This document shows, piece after piece, positions 49,176-60,090 of a DNA stretch of 64,000 nucleotides (positions are counted from its first letter, which is position 1; each line of letters opens with the position of its first letter). Source of the stretch: Ostreococcus lucimarinus. Its lineage: Eukaryota. The DNA is taken from NCBI GenBank assembly GCA_000092065.1, contig CP000584.1. One strand, 5' to 3'. Both the position numbers and the translations under genes were made by a program. The notes beneath the pieces are model-generated. The model saw nothing but the letters and a program-made list of their open reading frames with translations, searched no databases and was not told where the DNA came from.

Positions 49176-49215
49176 CATCAATCAATCAATCGATCGATCG
49201 CTCGCTCGCTCGTCG
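49176..49215. repeat. Compound stepwise tetranucleotide microsatellite (ATCA)3-(ATCG)3-(CTCG)3
   Basis: catcaatcaatcaatcgatcgatcgctcgctcgctcg in the 220-bp spacer between the LRR gene stop and the ABC1K start. Confidence 0.8.
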
Positions 49216-49251
49216 ACCGCGTCGGCCCTGCGCGCGTCGCGGACGCGCCCG

Positions 49252-51759
49252 ATGTCGCGCGCGCATCAACGCGCGTCCGCGGTGCCCGCGCGCGCGCGCG
49301 CGCGCGCGTCCGCGACGCGGCGCGCGCGCGAGCGACCGGGACGCATCCGACCGGGACGCGGTGACGTCGCGGTCGCCGGCGCGCGAAACGTCGCGCTCGA
49401 CGCGTTCGGACGCGCGCGCGCGCTCGAAAACCGCGCGCGCGAACGATGGACGGCGACGAGCGACGCGCGCGCGCGCGCGCGAGGGCGCGGACGGGCGAAC
49501 GCGACGGGGGACGAGGACGTGGACGCGGCGCTGGCGCTGCTGGCGACGACGTCGTCGGTGGATGAGGCGATCGAGGACGACGCGATGACGACCACGGGGA
49601 CGAGGATCGTGCGCGTGAGCGATTCGGTCGAGCGCGGGGGGCGGAGATTGAAGAGACGGCGAAGGAGACGGCGGGACGCGTACGACGCGCTGCGCGGGGA
49701 GTTTGATAAACCAAAGTTGCTGCGATTCTTTCGACGACGACCGTTGCAAGTCGCGGGACGGTTGGCGACGATCATTCGAGTCGGACGACGGGTGATAAAA
49801 AGCTGGAAGAAGCAGGAGGATTGGGCGCCGGAGAAGCGCACGCGGGGGGCGGAGTTGAGAGCGGCGATGACGCGCTTGGGGCCGGTGTTTGTGAAAATCG
49901 GGCAGACGCTGTCGCAGCGTCCGGATTTGATCGGGGAAGAGGCGGCGGATGAATTGAAGTTGCTGCAACAAAGTAATGAGCCGTTTCCGGATCGGTTGGC
50001 GTGGAGAACGATCGTGGAAGATTTGGAATGGGATGGGCCCATCGCGCCGAATCACGCATACGTCGGCGTGAACCCAGACGCAAAGCCTTTGTTCGCAGAA
50101 TTTAGCGCGAAACCCATCGCCGCGGCGTCATTAGGACAAGTTTACAAGGCAAAGACGTGGGAAGGTGAAGACGTGGCGGTGAAGGTGCAAAGACCGAAGG
50201 TGATGCGACAAGTTGCCCTCGACTGGACGTGCTGGTCGCTCTCCCTTTCGACGCTCAAGCGCTTGTGGGGGACCACGACGGAGCTCGACGTCATCGCCGA
50301 TGAGGTCGGGCAAGGCGTTTGGCAAGAACTGGACTACACGCAAGAGGCGGCGCACATGGACGAGTTCAACGAGCGGCATAAGTGGTTGGGTTTCGTTCGC
50401 GCGCCAGAGTGGCTGCCGCAGTACACGGGACCAGAGGGTCGAGCGAGAATACTCACCACAGAGTGGATCGATGGCAATCACATCGCGGATTTAACTCAAG
50501 AGAAAAAGCTCATCATGGCGCAAATGGCGGTCGAAGCGTGCGTGGCGCAGCTGATTTACACTGGTTTTGTCCACGCGGATCCGCACGAAGGGAACATGAT
50601 GCTCGACAAAAACGACATGCTCGTATTTTTGGATTTCGGGCTCATGAGCGAAGTGGAGCCTTTCATCATGGAAGGCTTCGCAAAGGGCATTCAGCACATG
50701 ATTTCCGGGAACTGGGAGGGTTTAGTGTTGGTTTTCCAAGAGGTTGGCTTCACGCCAAAGGAAGGTTTCTTGAAGCGCGACGACCGCAGCGACACGTACA
50801 AACCGGCGACGTTGGAAGAGATGACGGCGGCGGTGGCGAAGACTTTGTCCTCGGAAGAAGGTGGTCAAAGTCGTTTTGGTGCGCTCGCGACCGGATTGGC
50901 CAAGCTCAGCGCGAACTTCAAGTTCCTGACGCCGCCTTACATCATCCTTCTCATCAGAACGTTTTTGACGCTCGAAGGCATCGCGGAGAAGGCGGATCCG
51001 AATTTTAACATTTACACCGCAGCGTTACCGTACGCTATTCGACGTGCCATGGCGCCTTCAACGCCGGAAGGTCAAAGAGCGATGCGCGAGACGTTTTTGA
51101 ACGAGTCCAACGAGTTGCGATGGGATCGCATGGAAGAGCTCGTGTTGAACGACACGGTGGACGAAGACGAGACACCCGCCACTGAAGTATCGACGACGGA
51201 TACCGAGAGCGACGTGTTCGGCGATAGCCAAGCGCTCATGGCGCAGCGCAGCAAAGAGGTTGTCGGTAGACTCTTGGGCTCGACCGAAGGTACCGCGTTG
51301 CGTCGCGTCGCGTTCGCGGCTAACACGGAACAAATCGTCGAGTACTTATCCGGTCCTCAAGGCACGGCGCTGCGCGCGAAGAGCATCAGAATGCTCAGCC
51401 GTACGCTCCAAGATCTTTGGACCGCTCGGCGTTTTGTGCGCCGAAATCCAGTCAAAGTCGCCGCTTTGCCGGTGTGGCCCGAATCCGACGAAGCGCGTCG
51501 CATTCGCGAACGCCAGGATCGCGCCCAAAAGCGCGCTCTTTCTTTTCTCTTCGGCACGCACATGTCGCGATTGATTCGCAAGCCCATCTTACTATTACGC
51601 GCCCTCGCGTTGAGCGCGCACATCGTGGCCTCCGCCTTCGTCTACGCCCTCGCGGTCACGGTTTGGGACACCATCAAATGGGTCAACGGTTTCACGCCTT
51701 GGGGATTCGTTTGGGCGCGTTTCGTCGCCTCGCGCTTGGACACATCCAAGCCCGCGTAG
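49252..51759 (+). CDS. ABC1/ADCK/UbiB-family atypical protein kinase (plastid ABC1K-like); N-terminus uncertain
   Basis: Candidate ATG at 49252 ([19 protein letters not shown]..., a presequence-like region); the upstream ATG at 49150 would read through the microsatellite. Motifs: [103 protein letters not shown]-terminal hydrophobic helix is present. Confidence 0.8.
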   Translation: MSRAHQRASAVPARARARASATRRARERPGRIRPGRGDVAVAGARNVALDAFGRARALENRARERWTATSDARARARGRGRANATGDEDVDAALALLATTSSVDEAIEDDAMTTTGTRIVRVSDSVERGGRRLKRRRRRRRDAYDALRGEFDKPKLLRFFRRRPLQVAGRLATIIRVGRRVIKSWKKQEDWAPEKRTRGAELRAAMTRLGPVFVKIGQTLSQRPDLIGEEAADELKLLQQSNEPFPDRLAWRTIVEDLEWDGPIAPNHAYVGVNPDAKPLFAEFSAKPIAAASLGQVYKAKTWEGEDVAVKVQRPKVMRQVALDWTCWSLSLSTLKRLWGTTTELDVIADEVGQGVWQELDYTQEAAHMDEFNERHKWLGFVRAPEWLPQYTGPEGRARILTTEWIDGNHIADLTQEKKLIMAQMAVEACVAQLIYTGFVHADPHEGNMMLDKNDMLVFLDFGLMSEVEPFIMEGFAKGIQHMISGNWEGLVLVFQEVGFTPKEGFLKRDDRSDTYKPATLEEMTAAVAKTLSSEEGGQSRFGALATGLAKLSANFKFLTPPYIILLIRTFLTLEGIAEKADPNFNIYTAALPYAIRRAMAPSTPEGQRAMRETFLNESNELRWDRMEELVLNDTVDEDETPATEVSTTDTESDVFGDSQALMAQRSKEVVGRLLGSTEGTALRRVAFAANTEQIVEYLSGPQGTALRAKSIRMLSRTLQDLWTARRFVRRNPVKVAALPVWPESDEARRIRERQDRAQKRALSFLFGTHMSRLIRKPILLLRALALSAHIVASAFVYALAVTVWDTIKWVNGFTPWGFVWARFVASRLDTSKPA

Positions 51760-51962
51760 CGACACCGCGATCGAACCCGCGATCACCACATCGATATTAC
51801 ATACCATAGATTTAATACGCAATAGACGCGACGCTCAATCCTTCCTCCCTCGCGCGTCTCGCGCGTCTCGCCTCGCGTCTCTTCGTCTCGCGCGTCGCGA
51901 CAGCCGCGCGTCGGTTTCAAACGCATCCGCACGTCTCGGCGCGCGCCGTCTCGACGCGCGTC

Positions 51963-54900
51963 ATGCGCGCGCCGCCCGAAATCCCGCCCAAGGGACAAAA
52001 AACAATCAGCAGTTTCTTCGCGCCGAATCCGCGGCCGTGCGCGGCGTCGTCGCGACGCGCGTCGAGCGAAACCGCGACGCGCGATGCGGCATCGCGAACG
52101 AACGATGACGACGAAAACGCGCCGCCGGCGGCGAAGCGCGCGAAGACTCGCGACGCGGACGATCGCGAGGATGACGTTGAGCTCACCGACGACGCGCGCG
52201 CGGACGAGGGACGACGGCGCGAGGACGCGGACGCGGACGAGGACGACGCGCGGGCGACGCTCGAGCGACTGAAACCGTCGTCGCCGACGACGCGCGCGAA
52301 GTTTATTCAAAAGCTCTCGCTCGATCGACGACGACGAGATTTAGAGGTCGATGCGGATGGAAAGACGAAGGATGGCGCGGGCGCGTCGGAGACGGGGACG
52401 AAGATGACGCCGTTGGAACAGAGCGTGAAGACGTTCAAGGCGAAATATCCGGGGACGATGCTGATGATCGAAGTCGGGTACAAGTATCACTTTTACGGCG
52501 ATGACGCGCGGGATGCGAGCAAGGTTTTGGGAATATTCGCGTATCAGTCGAGGAACTATCTCACGGCGAGCGTGCCCGTGGTGCGGTTGAACGTGTACGT
52601 GCGACGGTTGGTCAAGGCGGGGTATCGAGTGGGGGTGGTGAAACAGACGGAGACGGCGGCGTTGAAGGCGAGCGGGGAGACGGGGAATAAATCGGGGCTG
52701 TTTGAACGGAAATTGGTTGGATTGTACACGAAAGCGACGTTAGACGCGGGAGCGGCGTTGTCGGACGCGGGCGACGACGGGGAAAAGTCGAGCATGGCGT
52801 CGGGGGTGTTGTCGAATCATTTGTTGTGCGTCGCCGAGGATCGCGTCGCGGGCGGGGCGTCGACGTCGGCGTCGACGCGCGTGGGATTGGCGGCGATTGA
52901 AACAAGCACCGGGGACGTACTGAGTGGAGAGTTCATGGACACCATGCAACGACCTGGGTTGGAGTCGCGGTTGTTGTGCATTTCACCCGCGGAGATCGTT
53001 CTCGTGGAACCAATTAGCGAACCGACGGCGCGTTTAATCAAGGCGATGTACGGTTCAGGCGCGAACGCGGCGCGCGTGGAGCGCGTGACGCGAGACGAAC
53101 TCACTGGCGTCACGCTTACCGGTACCAAGGCGGAGGAGGCGACACCCTTGGTGCACACCGCACTCTGCGCGGGCGCCAAGTATCTGAGAGAATTCGGACA
53201 AGCTGATATTCTTCATCTCGACGCCGCGTTTCGCCCGCTCGAGGGCGCGGACGAAATGAAACTCTCGCCGAATGTTTTGCGTCAACTCGAGGTTTTGACG
53301 TCTTCCGCGGGAACGTACAAGGGAAGCTTACTTTGGTTGATGAATCACACCGTCACACCCATGGGTGGTCGCTTGCTGCGTCACTGGGTGAGTCATCCAC
53401 TGCGTTCAAAGTCCGCCATCGAAGGCCGACTGGACGCCGTCGACGCGCTGCGCGAGTTGACGTCGTTTGAGGAAGGATCGATGATGGACCACGACAAAGT
53501 GAGTCACAACACGTTCAACGGATTGAAGATTCAACTAAAACAGCTCCCAGATCTCGAACGAAGTCTCGCGCGCGTGTTTCACGGCACGGCAACGCCCGGT
53601 GAGTTCGTCGGGGCTTTGACGTCGCTCGCAAAATTCAGCGAGTCGTGCGCAGCGATGCGCGCGAGCGTCTCTGGGGAGATCAAGTCGACGTTGCTGGAAG
53701 CGCAAATCGAAGCCGTCACCGATCCTCTTCTTCACGCGTTAGCAGACCAGTTTTTGAACGCGCTGAATCTGGAGATTGCGTGCGTGGACAAGCCTTCGAA
53801 GACGAAGATTGGACTCTTCAAGGACGACGCGGAAAGCTTTCCGGATTTGCACGCCGCCACTGCGGCGGTGGAGGAGGCGAAGCGCGCGATGGACGATTTA
53901 CTCCCGGAACTGCGCCGTAAGCTCGGCATGCCGCGTCTTGGTTACACCACCGTAGGCGGTGTTGGCGGCGGCGAGTGGCTCATCGAAGTCCCCATGGATC
54001 GCTCGTGTCCGACGACGTGGATCAAGGTGAGTTCGAACAAGAGCAAAAAGGTTGTACGCTACCACCCGCCGGAAGTCACGGAAGCGGCGGCGGCGTTAGA
54101 ATGCGCGAATGAACGACACATGTTTGCCGCCGATGCGGCATGGAAAGAATTTCTGTCGTCGTTTCGAGACAACTACGCCGCTTTTCGATCGGCGACGTCG
54201 GCTGTGGCGACGTTGGACGCGTTGCACGCGTTGGCGATTCTGTCAAGAAACGAAGGATACGTCCGACCAGAATTGCTCGACGATTCCGCGCCACCATCTC
54301 TGCACGTTGTCGATGGTAGGCATCCAGTGCTCGACGCGCACCTTTTGGATGACTTTGTGCCAAACAGTATCGACCTCCACGGCGACCGTACGCGCGCTCT
54401 CGTGATCACCGGACCAAACATGGGTGGGAAGAGTTGCTACATTCGTCAAGTGGCGTTGTTGAGCGTGATGGCGCAGGTCGGGAGTTTTGTTCCAGCAAAA
54501 CAGGCCCGCCTCACAGTGCTCGATGCAATCTACACGCGCATGGGAGCGAGCGACAATCTCGCCATGGGTTCATCGACTTTCCTCGAGGAAATGTCCGAGG
54601 CGTCAAACATTTTAGAAATGTGCACGCCGAGATCGCTCGTCATCATGGACGAACTCGGTCGAGGGACGTCGACGCACGACGGCGTCGCCATCGCGGCCGC
54701 CACGCTCGAACACCTCGTTCGAGATGCAAAGTGTTTCACGCTATTCGTGACGCACTACCCATCGGTCGCGCGCGACGTGCAAGCCAAGTACCCGACGCAC
54801 TGCGCGTCGTGCTTCACGTCGTACGTCGAACTTGAAGGTTCGTCGGAGGAAATGCCGCGAATTCAATTCCTGTACAAGCTCACCCCGGGCGTCGCCCATC

Positions 54901-55154
54901 GCTCGTTCGGTTTAAACGTGGCTCGCATGGCGTGCTTACCGCCCGCGGTGATTCAATCCGCCGGCGTCAAGGCTTCCGAATTAGAAATCACCACCGCTCG
55001 TCGAGCGCTCGCTCGTCGAGCGTTCAACCGCGAAACCGCCGACGCGTGCGCCTCGGCGACGTCCTCCGTCCTCGCCGCCATCGCCTCGGGCGATCACGCC
55101 ACCATGATCGCCGCGCGTGCGGCCGCCACCGCCGTCCCCGACGCTCGCGTCTGA
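51963..55154 (+). CDS. MutS homolog (MSH3/MSH6-type mismatch-repair ATPase) with an N-terminal PIP box
   Basis: ATG at 51963. PIP box QKTISSFF at aa 12-19. MutS domain I: TPLEQSVKTFKAKYPGTMLMIEVGYKYHFYGDDARDASKVLGI...VKAGYRVGVVKQTETAALKA. ABC ATPase domain V: ITGPNMGGKSCYIRQVALLSVMAQVGSFVPA...STFLEEMSEASNIL...VIMDELGRGTSTHDGVAIAAATLEHL...TLFVTHY. Confidence 0.9.
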   Translation: MRAPPEIPPKGQKTISSFFAPNPRPCAASSRRASSETATRDAASRTNDDDENAPPAAKRAKTRDADDREDDVELTDDARADEGRRREDADADEDDARATLERLKPSSPTTRAKFIQKLSLDRRRRDLEVDADGKTKDGAGASETGTKMTPLEQSVKTFKAKYPGTMLMIEVGYKYHFYGDDARDASKVLGIFAYQSRNYLTASVPVVRLNVYVRRLVKAGYRVGVVKQTETAALKASGETGNKSGLFERKLVGLYTKATLDAGAALSDAGDDGEKSSMASGVLSNHLLCVAEDRVAGGASTSASTRVGLAAIETSTGDVLSGEFMDTMQRPGLESRLLCISPAEIVLVEPISEPTARLIKAMYGSGANAARVERVTRDELTGVTLTGTKAEEATPLVHTALCAGAKYLREFGQADILHLDAAFRPLEGADEMKLSPNVLRQLEVLTSSAGTYKGSLLWLMNHTVTPMGGRLLRHWVSHPLRSKSAIEGRLDAVDALRELTSFEEGSMMDHDKVSHNTFNGLKIQLKQLPDLERSLARVFHGTATPGEFVGALTSLAKFSESCAAMRASVSGEIKSTLLEAQIEAVTDPLLHALADQFLNALNLEIACVDKPSKTKIGLFKDDAESFPDLHAATAAVEEAKRAMDDLLPELRRKLGMPRLGYTTVGGVGGGEWLIEVPMDRSCPTTWIKVSSNKSKKVVRYHPPEVTEAAAALECANERHMFAADAAWKEFLSSFRDNYAAFRSATSAVATLDALHALAILSRNEGYVRPELLDDSAPPSLHVVDGRHPVLDAHLLDDFVPNSIDLHGDRTRALVITGPNMGGKSCYIRQVALLSVMAQVGSFVPAKQARLTVLDAIYTRMGASDNLAMGSSTFLEEMSEASNILEMCTPRSLVIMDELGRGTSTHDGVAIAAATLEHLVRDAKCFTLFVTHYPSVARDVQAKYPTHCASCFTSYVELEGSSEEMPRIQFLYKLTPGVAHRSFGLNVARMACLPPAVIQSAGVKASELEITTARRALARRAFNRETADACASATSSVLAAIASGDHATMIAARAAATAVPDARV

Positions 55155-55292
55155 GCGCTCGCGTCTCCTTTCCTCTTCGCGCGTTCGTCGTCTTCGTCCC
55201 GTCGTCGTTGTCAGTGTCAACGAAAAGCGCGCGAACCGCCGCCGCGCGCGCGTCGTCCACACTCGCGCGCGCTCGCCCCCGCGCTTCCCGCG

Positions 55293-56297
55293 ATGGGCGC
55301 CGACGACGACGCGCGCGCCGCCGCCGTCGCCGGCGACGTCCGCGCGTTCCTCGCGCTCGTCGAGCGCGGCGCCGACCCGACGACTCGGGACGAAAACGGC
55401 GCGCACTGCCTGCACCACGCGGCGGCGGCGAACTGCGCGGCGATCGTCGATCATCTGCTCAGCGCGGGCGTGCGATGGAACGACGTCGATGACGACGGTG
55501 ACTGCGCGGGACAGTACGCGAGCGGACACGGACACGCGGAACTGGCGCGAGCGATGATGGACCACGCGACGGCGAGCGAGGTGCGGGACGGCGAGGCGTC
55601 GATGTCGGCGACGAAGGGCGCGAGCCGAAGGAACGAAGAGAGCGAGAAATATTTAGCGACAAAGGTGAGGTATAGCGGTGATGATAAATTGTTGGACGAG
55701 CGCGGAGACGCGGTGATGATGAGCTGGGAGGCGCCGTTGATGGAGGCGCACGCGGACGCGCTGTGCGAGACGAACGGCGACGTTATGAACGTCGGTTTCG
55801 GCTTAGGGATCATCGATGGATGCATTCAGGCTCGAGAGCCGAGGAGTCACACGATCGTGGAGGCGCATCCGGACGTGCGGGCGCACATGACGCGCGCGGG
55901 ATGGGATTCGAAGGCGGGCGTGCGCGTGGAGTTTGGACGGTGGCAAGACGTGCTGCCGAGACTCGTGGAGGAAGGTCGAAAGTTTGACGCGATTTATTTC
56001 GACACGTACGGGGAAGAGTACGACGACATGCGTCGGTTTCACGCCTTTTTGCCCAAACTTTTGCGCGAGGGCGGGCTGTACAGCTACTTCAACGGCATGT
56101 GTCCCGACAACATTTTCTTTCACATGGTGTACAATCGCGTCGCCGAGGTCGAGCTCGGAGCTTTGGGTCTCAAGGTGACGTTTGAGATGAAATCCATCGA
56201 CACCGCGGATGCGAAGATTTGGGAGGGCGTCACCCGTCGATATTGGTGGGGCGACAAGTACTTCTTACCCAAGTGCGTGTTCCGAGGCAAAGTTTAG
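55293..56297 (+). CDS. RMT2-type protein arginine N-methyltransferase (ankyrin repeats plus a guanidinoacetate-N-methyltransferase-like domain)
   Basis: ATG at 55293. Ankyrin-like: DENGAHCLHHAAAANCAAIVDHLLSAGVRWNDVDDDGDCAGQYASGHGHAELARAM. GAMT/RMT2-like: MMSWEAPLMEAHADALCETNGDVMNVGFGLGIIDG...AIYFDTYGEEYDDMRRFHAFLPKLLREGGLYSYFNG. Confidence 0.7.
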   Translation: MGADDDARAAAVAGDVRAFLALVERGADPTTRDENGAHCLHHAAAANCAAIVDHLLSAGVRWNDVDDDGDCAGQYASGHGHAELARAMMDHATASEVRDGEASMSATKGASRRNEESEKYLATKVRYSGDDKLLDERGDAVMMSWEAPLMEAHADALCETNGDVMNVGFGLGIIDGCIQAREPRSHTIVEAHPDVRAHMTRAGWDSKAGVRVEFGRWQDVLPRLVEEGRKFDAIYFDTYGEEYDDMRRFHAFLPKLLREGGLYSYFNGMCPDNIFFHMVYNRVAEVELGALGLKVTFEMKSIDTADAKIWEGVTRRYWWGDKYFLPKCVFRGKV

Positions 56298-56869
56298 AGC
56301 GACGTCGACGCGCGCGTCTCCGCGTAGACGGTATAAAGTTACAATCAGCTTACAAGCTCACAAGCGCGGATGCATTCTCTGACTCGCGACTCGCGACGTC
56401 TTCGTCCTCGGCGAGCTCAAAAACTCGACCGCTTCCTTGACGCTCTTCAAATCGAACGCGTCGCGCGCGTTCGTCTCGTCGCGCGCTCTCGCCTTGGCCG
56501 CGACTCGCAACAGTTTTTCGAGCGTCGTCTCGTCGATCCGCGCGCGCGTCTCGCGTCGAAACGCGCGCGCCTCGCGCGGTCGCGCCGCGCTCGCTCGATC
56601 GTTTTCGTTCGTCCTCGTCTTCCCGCTCGCGAACGCGCCGTCTCGCGTCGTCGTCCTCCGCGCGTCGCGCGTCGCCACGCTCCTCGCGCTGTCCACCACG
56701 TCCCTCGCCGCCGCGCGCGACGCCCGCGGAATCTCCAGCGCCGTCGGCGCGTCGCGCGTCGCCGCGACCCGTCTCGGCGGTCCGAGCGGCGATCCGCGCG
56801 CGCGTCCGCGCGTCGTCGTCGTCGCCGTCGCCGTCGCGTCGCGTCGCGCGTTCCGCGGGGTCGTCGACA

Positions 56870-56877
<8 letters not shown>

Positions 56878-56906
<29 letters not shown>

Positions 56907-56912
56907 GCGCGC
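56878..56912. repeat. (GCC)n trinucleotide microsatellite, about 11 units, inside a 750-bp extremely GC-rich low-complexity spacer
   Basis: gccgccgccgccgccgccgccgccgccgcc at about 56878-56912. The surrounding sequence is Arg/Ala-codon low complexity that yields long spurious ORFs on both strands. Confidence 0.8.
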
Positions 56913-57051
56913 GCGCGCGATCGCCGCCGTCGCCTCCGCGCGAAGCGCGTCGCCGTCCATCGCGCGTCGCGGCGTCGCGGCGTCGACGAGTGCGGCGTCC
57001 GTCGATGCGATGCGACGCGTCACTTCGACGCGCCGTCGACGCTCGCCGCGA

Positions 57052-57977
57052 TGCCGCCGACGCTCGCGCGGTCGACCGCGGCGCCGACGCGCGTCGTCGC
57101 GTCGTCGCGCGCCTCCGCGCGCGTCCGAGCGCGTCGCGTCGTCGCGTCGTCGCGCGCGCGGGACGACGGCGCGAGGTTCGCGACGACGCCGACGACGGCG
57201 TCGCGGCGCGCGTGGACGCGCGCGATCGAGACGCGCGCGCGAGGAGACGCGCGGGCGGCGCACGTCGCGCGCGCGCAGACGCCGAGCGCGGAGACGAAGA
57301 CGGAGGGACGCGGGCCGGGGGGCGCGGGACGCGGCGGCGGCGGGTCGAGCGACGGCGACGGCGACGACGAGTACGTCGTCGACGTCGACTACCCGGAGTG
57401 GGTGCCGGAGTTTTTGAGGTTTAATCGAGAGGATATAGCGACGGTGTTGATCACGTTCGCGGTGTCGCTGGGATTCAGACACTTTGTGGCGGAGCCGAGG
57501 TACATTCCGTCGCTGTCGATGTATCCGGTGTTCGACGTCGGCGATAGGTTGATCGCGGAGAAGCTGACGTATCGGTTCAATCGCGAGCCCATGGCGGGAG
57601 ACGTGGTGATCTTTAATCCACCGAAGACGCCGAAAACGATGAAGGTGAGCAATGAGGTGTTTATTAAGCGCGTCGTGGCGGTGGCGGGCGATACGGTGCA
57701 GGTCAAGCGCGGCGAGCTCTTCGTCAACGGCGTCTCGAGAGGGAAAGAGTTAAAGCTCGAGCCGATCAAGTATCAGTACGGCCCGTTCACCGTGCCCGAG
57801 GGCGACGTGTTCGTGATGGGCGATAACAGAAACAATTCTTTCGACTCCCACGTCTGGGGACCGCTGCCGAAAAATCGCATCATCGGCCGCGCCACGGCCA
57901 AGTATTGGCCGCCGAACAAAATCGGCGGATTACCGTCCTACGCCGCCGCCTCCGTGGGCGCTCCCGAACTGAAATAA
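57052..57977 (+). CDS. Signal peptidase I (S26) of the thylakoidal processing peptidase / Plsp1 type, with a transit-peptide-like N-terminus
   Basis: Candidate ATG near 57052 (MPPTLARSTAAPTRVVASSRASARV...). Catalytic Ser box: IPSLSMYPVFDVGDRLIAEK. Then GDVVIFNPP, Lys box FIKRVVAVAGDTVQVKRGELFVNG, and GDNRNNSFDSHVWGPLPKNRIIGRATAKYWP. Confidence 0.75.
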
Positions 57978-58095
57978 CCAACCGCACCGTTGAGCCACCG
58001 CGATTCGCGCGCTCGAGCGCGGACCCGCGCGTCGTCCGCGCGTCCCGCGAGCGCGTCGCTCGTCGCGTCGCACTCGTCGCCTCGCGTCGACGACG

Positions 58096-58587
58096 ATGAC
58101 CGCCATCGCTCGCGTCCACGCCCGCGCCGTCGCGCCCGCGCGCCGCGCGCGCGCGAGACCGCACCGCGCGTCGATCGCGCGCGTCGCGTCCGCGCGTCAG
58201 TGCGCCCGCGTCGCGACGCGCGCGAACGCATCGACCGATGACGTCGAGACGACGTCGACGAGCGCGGCGACGACGCCGGACGACGACGTGCCGATCTGGG
58301 AGCGCCGCGAGCTCGAGCGCAAGGCGGCGGACGCGAAGGGCGGACTTCCGTGGCCGGCGTACCTGCTGCTGAGCGTGATCGTGCTGATCGCGGCGACGGG
58401 GTCGATGTTCGAGTACGCGTATAAAAATCCAATCTTCGGCGTCGTCGGCGCGGATTCGGGGCTGTACGCGCCGATTTTGGGATGGTTCGTGTTCACGGGG
58501 TTCCCGCTGGCGGGATTCTTTTGGAAGAAAGGGATCGATGGGGCGAACGAGGCGAGCGAGGCGCAGGATAAGATGGATGGGTACTGA
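58096..58587 (+). CDS. Small protein (163 aa) with an organelle-type presequence and two TM helices; possible thylakoid/organellar membrane protein
   Basis: ATG at 58096 (MTAIARVHARAVAPARRARARP..., Arg/Ala/Ser-rich). Then WPAYLLLSVIVLIAATGSMFEY, a loop AYKNPIFGVVGADSG, and LYAPILGWFVFTGFPLAGFFW. No family assigned. Confidence 0.45.
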   Translation: MTAIARVHARAVAPARRARARPHRASIARVASARQCARVATRANASTDDVETTSTSAATTPDDDVPIWERRELERKAADAKGGLPWPAYLLLSVIVLIAATGSMFEYAYKNPIFGVVGADSGLYAPILGWFVFTGFPLAGFFWKKGIDGANEASEAQDKMDGY

Positions 58588-58719
58588 GCGCGCGCGTCGC
58601 GACGCGCGCGGTTTGGGTTTGGATAACGTCGAACAGAGACGCGTCGTTTTAATCCTAGTCACGAAAGCCTTAGAATTATTAAAATCTCTACCCGTTCGCT
58701 CGCGCGCCGCGAACCGAAA

Positions 58720-60090
58720 TCATCTCTTTTTACCCGCCATCACGAGCGCGGTCGTGGAGATGATGCAAATCGTCGCCAAGACTTTTTGGGCGTCGTCGAC
58801 GAGAGGATCGCCGGCGTGTCTGTTGACGCCGAGCGACTCGCGAACGTTTTCGAGATTCCAGGCGTACAAAAAGTAGCCGAAACACAACAACCACAGGACG
58901 ATTCTGGTCGCCATGGGAATGGAGTCGTCCTCTATTTGCTCCTTGCGCATGCGTTCGGTTTCCTTGGCGATGATTTCGTCGCACGCCTCCTCGAGAGCCT
59001 CGATGCGCGCCATGGTCTCCTCGCCGTTCGGATCGCTCTTCGGGTCCACCTTGTGCACGAGTTCGTTGGCGAAGTGCTTGAAGCCGCTCGCTAACTCGAG
59101 CATGTTGTTGCACTTGAGCATGATGCGCGCGCTCAGGCCTCGGCGAATCTTGACCACGCCCTTGAAGACGTTTTCGTTGCCGTAGCACTCGGCCAACGTC
59201 GCGATGGCCATCACCTGAGGAATGGCGCAGAACCGGAAGATGGAGATCTCCTTGACTCGGCTCATGTACTTTAAGCAATCCAACGAGTGCGACAGGGCGT
59301 TGGTGATCAATTCGTTCATGCACTGCACCGCCTTTTCGCGGTTTTCCTCGTGTTGCAAATCGTCGAGCTCTTCGGCGTACTTGCTCCACACGCTCCTAGG
59401 CCAGAACATTCGCGGCGCGGGAAGCTCCTGAATGTCTTCCAAGTAATCGCGAATGATGTTCGTCTTCTGTAAAAACAATCCCATGGCGTTCGAGAGCTTT
59501 TCCTCGCCCACAAACTCCGCGCTCTCCATCTTCGACACCCCCCACAAGTTGGACAGACCGATGCCGACCAAGCCCGCGACGTAGTGGCAATACTCGTCGA
59601 AATCCGCCATGTCCATCACCTCCTTCTCGATAAACTTCGCCATCCCGTGCCCCATTCGCTTGGTGATGTCCGCGATCACCGTTCGATACTCCTTCTTCAA
59701 TCCCAAGAACACCGACGTCACGCGCGGATAATTCTTCATCAAATCCTTGTAGTGCTTCTCCCCGCAATCCGCGCTATAATTCGCGTCGTAAATGTACTCG
59801 TGAAACGCGAGCAGATCCGGCACCTTCCTCTCGATCGGTATGCTCATGTCGTCCTCCACCGTGTCCAGCGCTCGAAGCACGAGATAAAACACGCACACCG
59901 CGTCTCGCAGCTCCGCGTCCAGCCGCTGAATCACGATCGCGAACGATCTCGACACCTTATTCAGCACGTCGTAGCAGTACGCCAGATCCGGATCCTTCGG
60001 CAATCTCTTCGCCGCGTTCGCCATCATCTTCACCCGCACCAGCGGCGCGACGTCCCCCGGGTGCGACAGCACCGCCCGAAGCGCCCCCAT
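58720..60090 (-). CDS. SQS: Squalene synthase (farnesyl-diphosphate farnesyltransferase)
   Basis: ATG at 60090 ([11 protein letters not shown]). [62 protein letters not shown] is near-identical to the human FDFT1 block [44 protein letters not shown]. A C-terminal TM anchor is present. Confidence 0.9.
   Translation of the reverse strand: [456 protein letters not shown]

Noticed and set aside
56358-57977. Overlapping ORFs 56358..57482 -, 56370..57977 + (N-terminal 225 aa), 56437..57417 +, 56990..57424 +
   Set aside because: Almost pure Arg/Ala low complexity across a (GCC)n-containing GC block. Only the C-terminal third of the 56370..57977 frame (signal peptidase I, from about 57052) has real homology. 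A minus-strand gene cannot be fully excluded (see finding).
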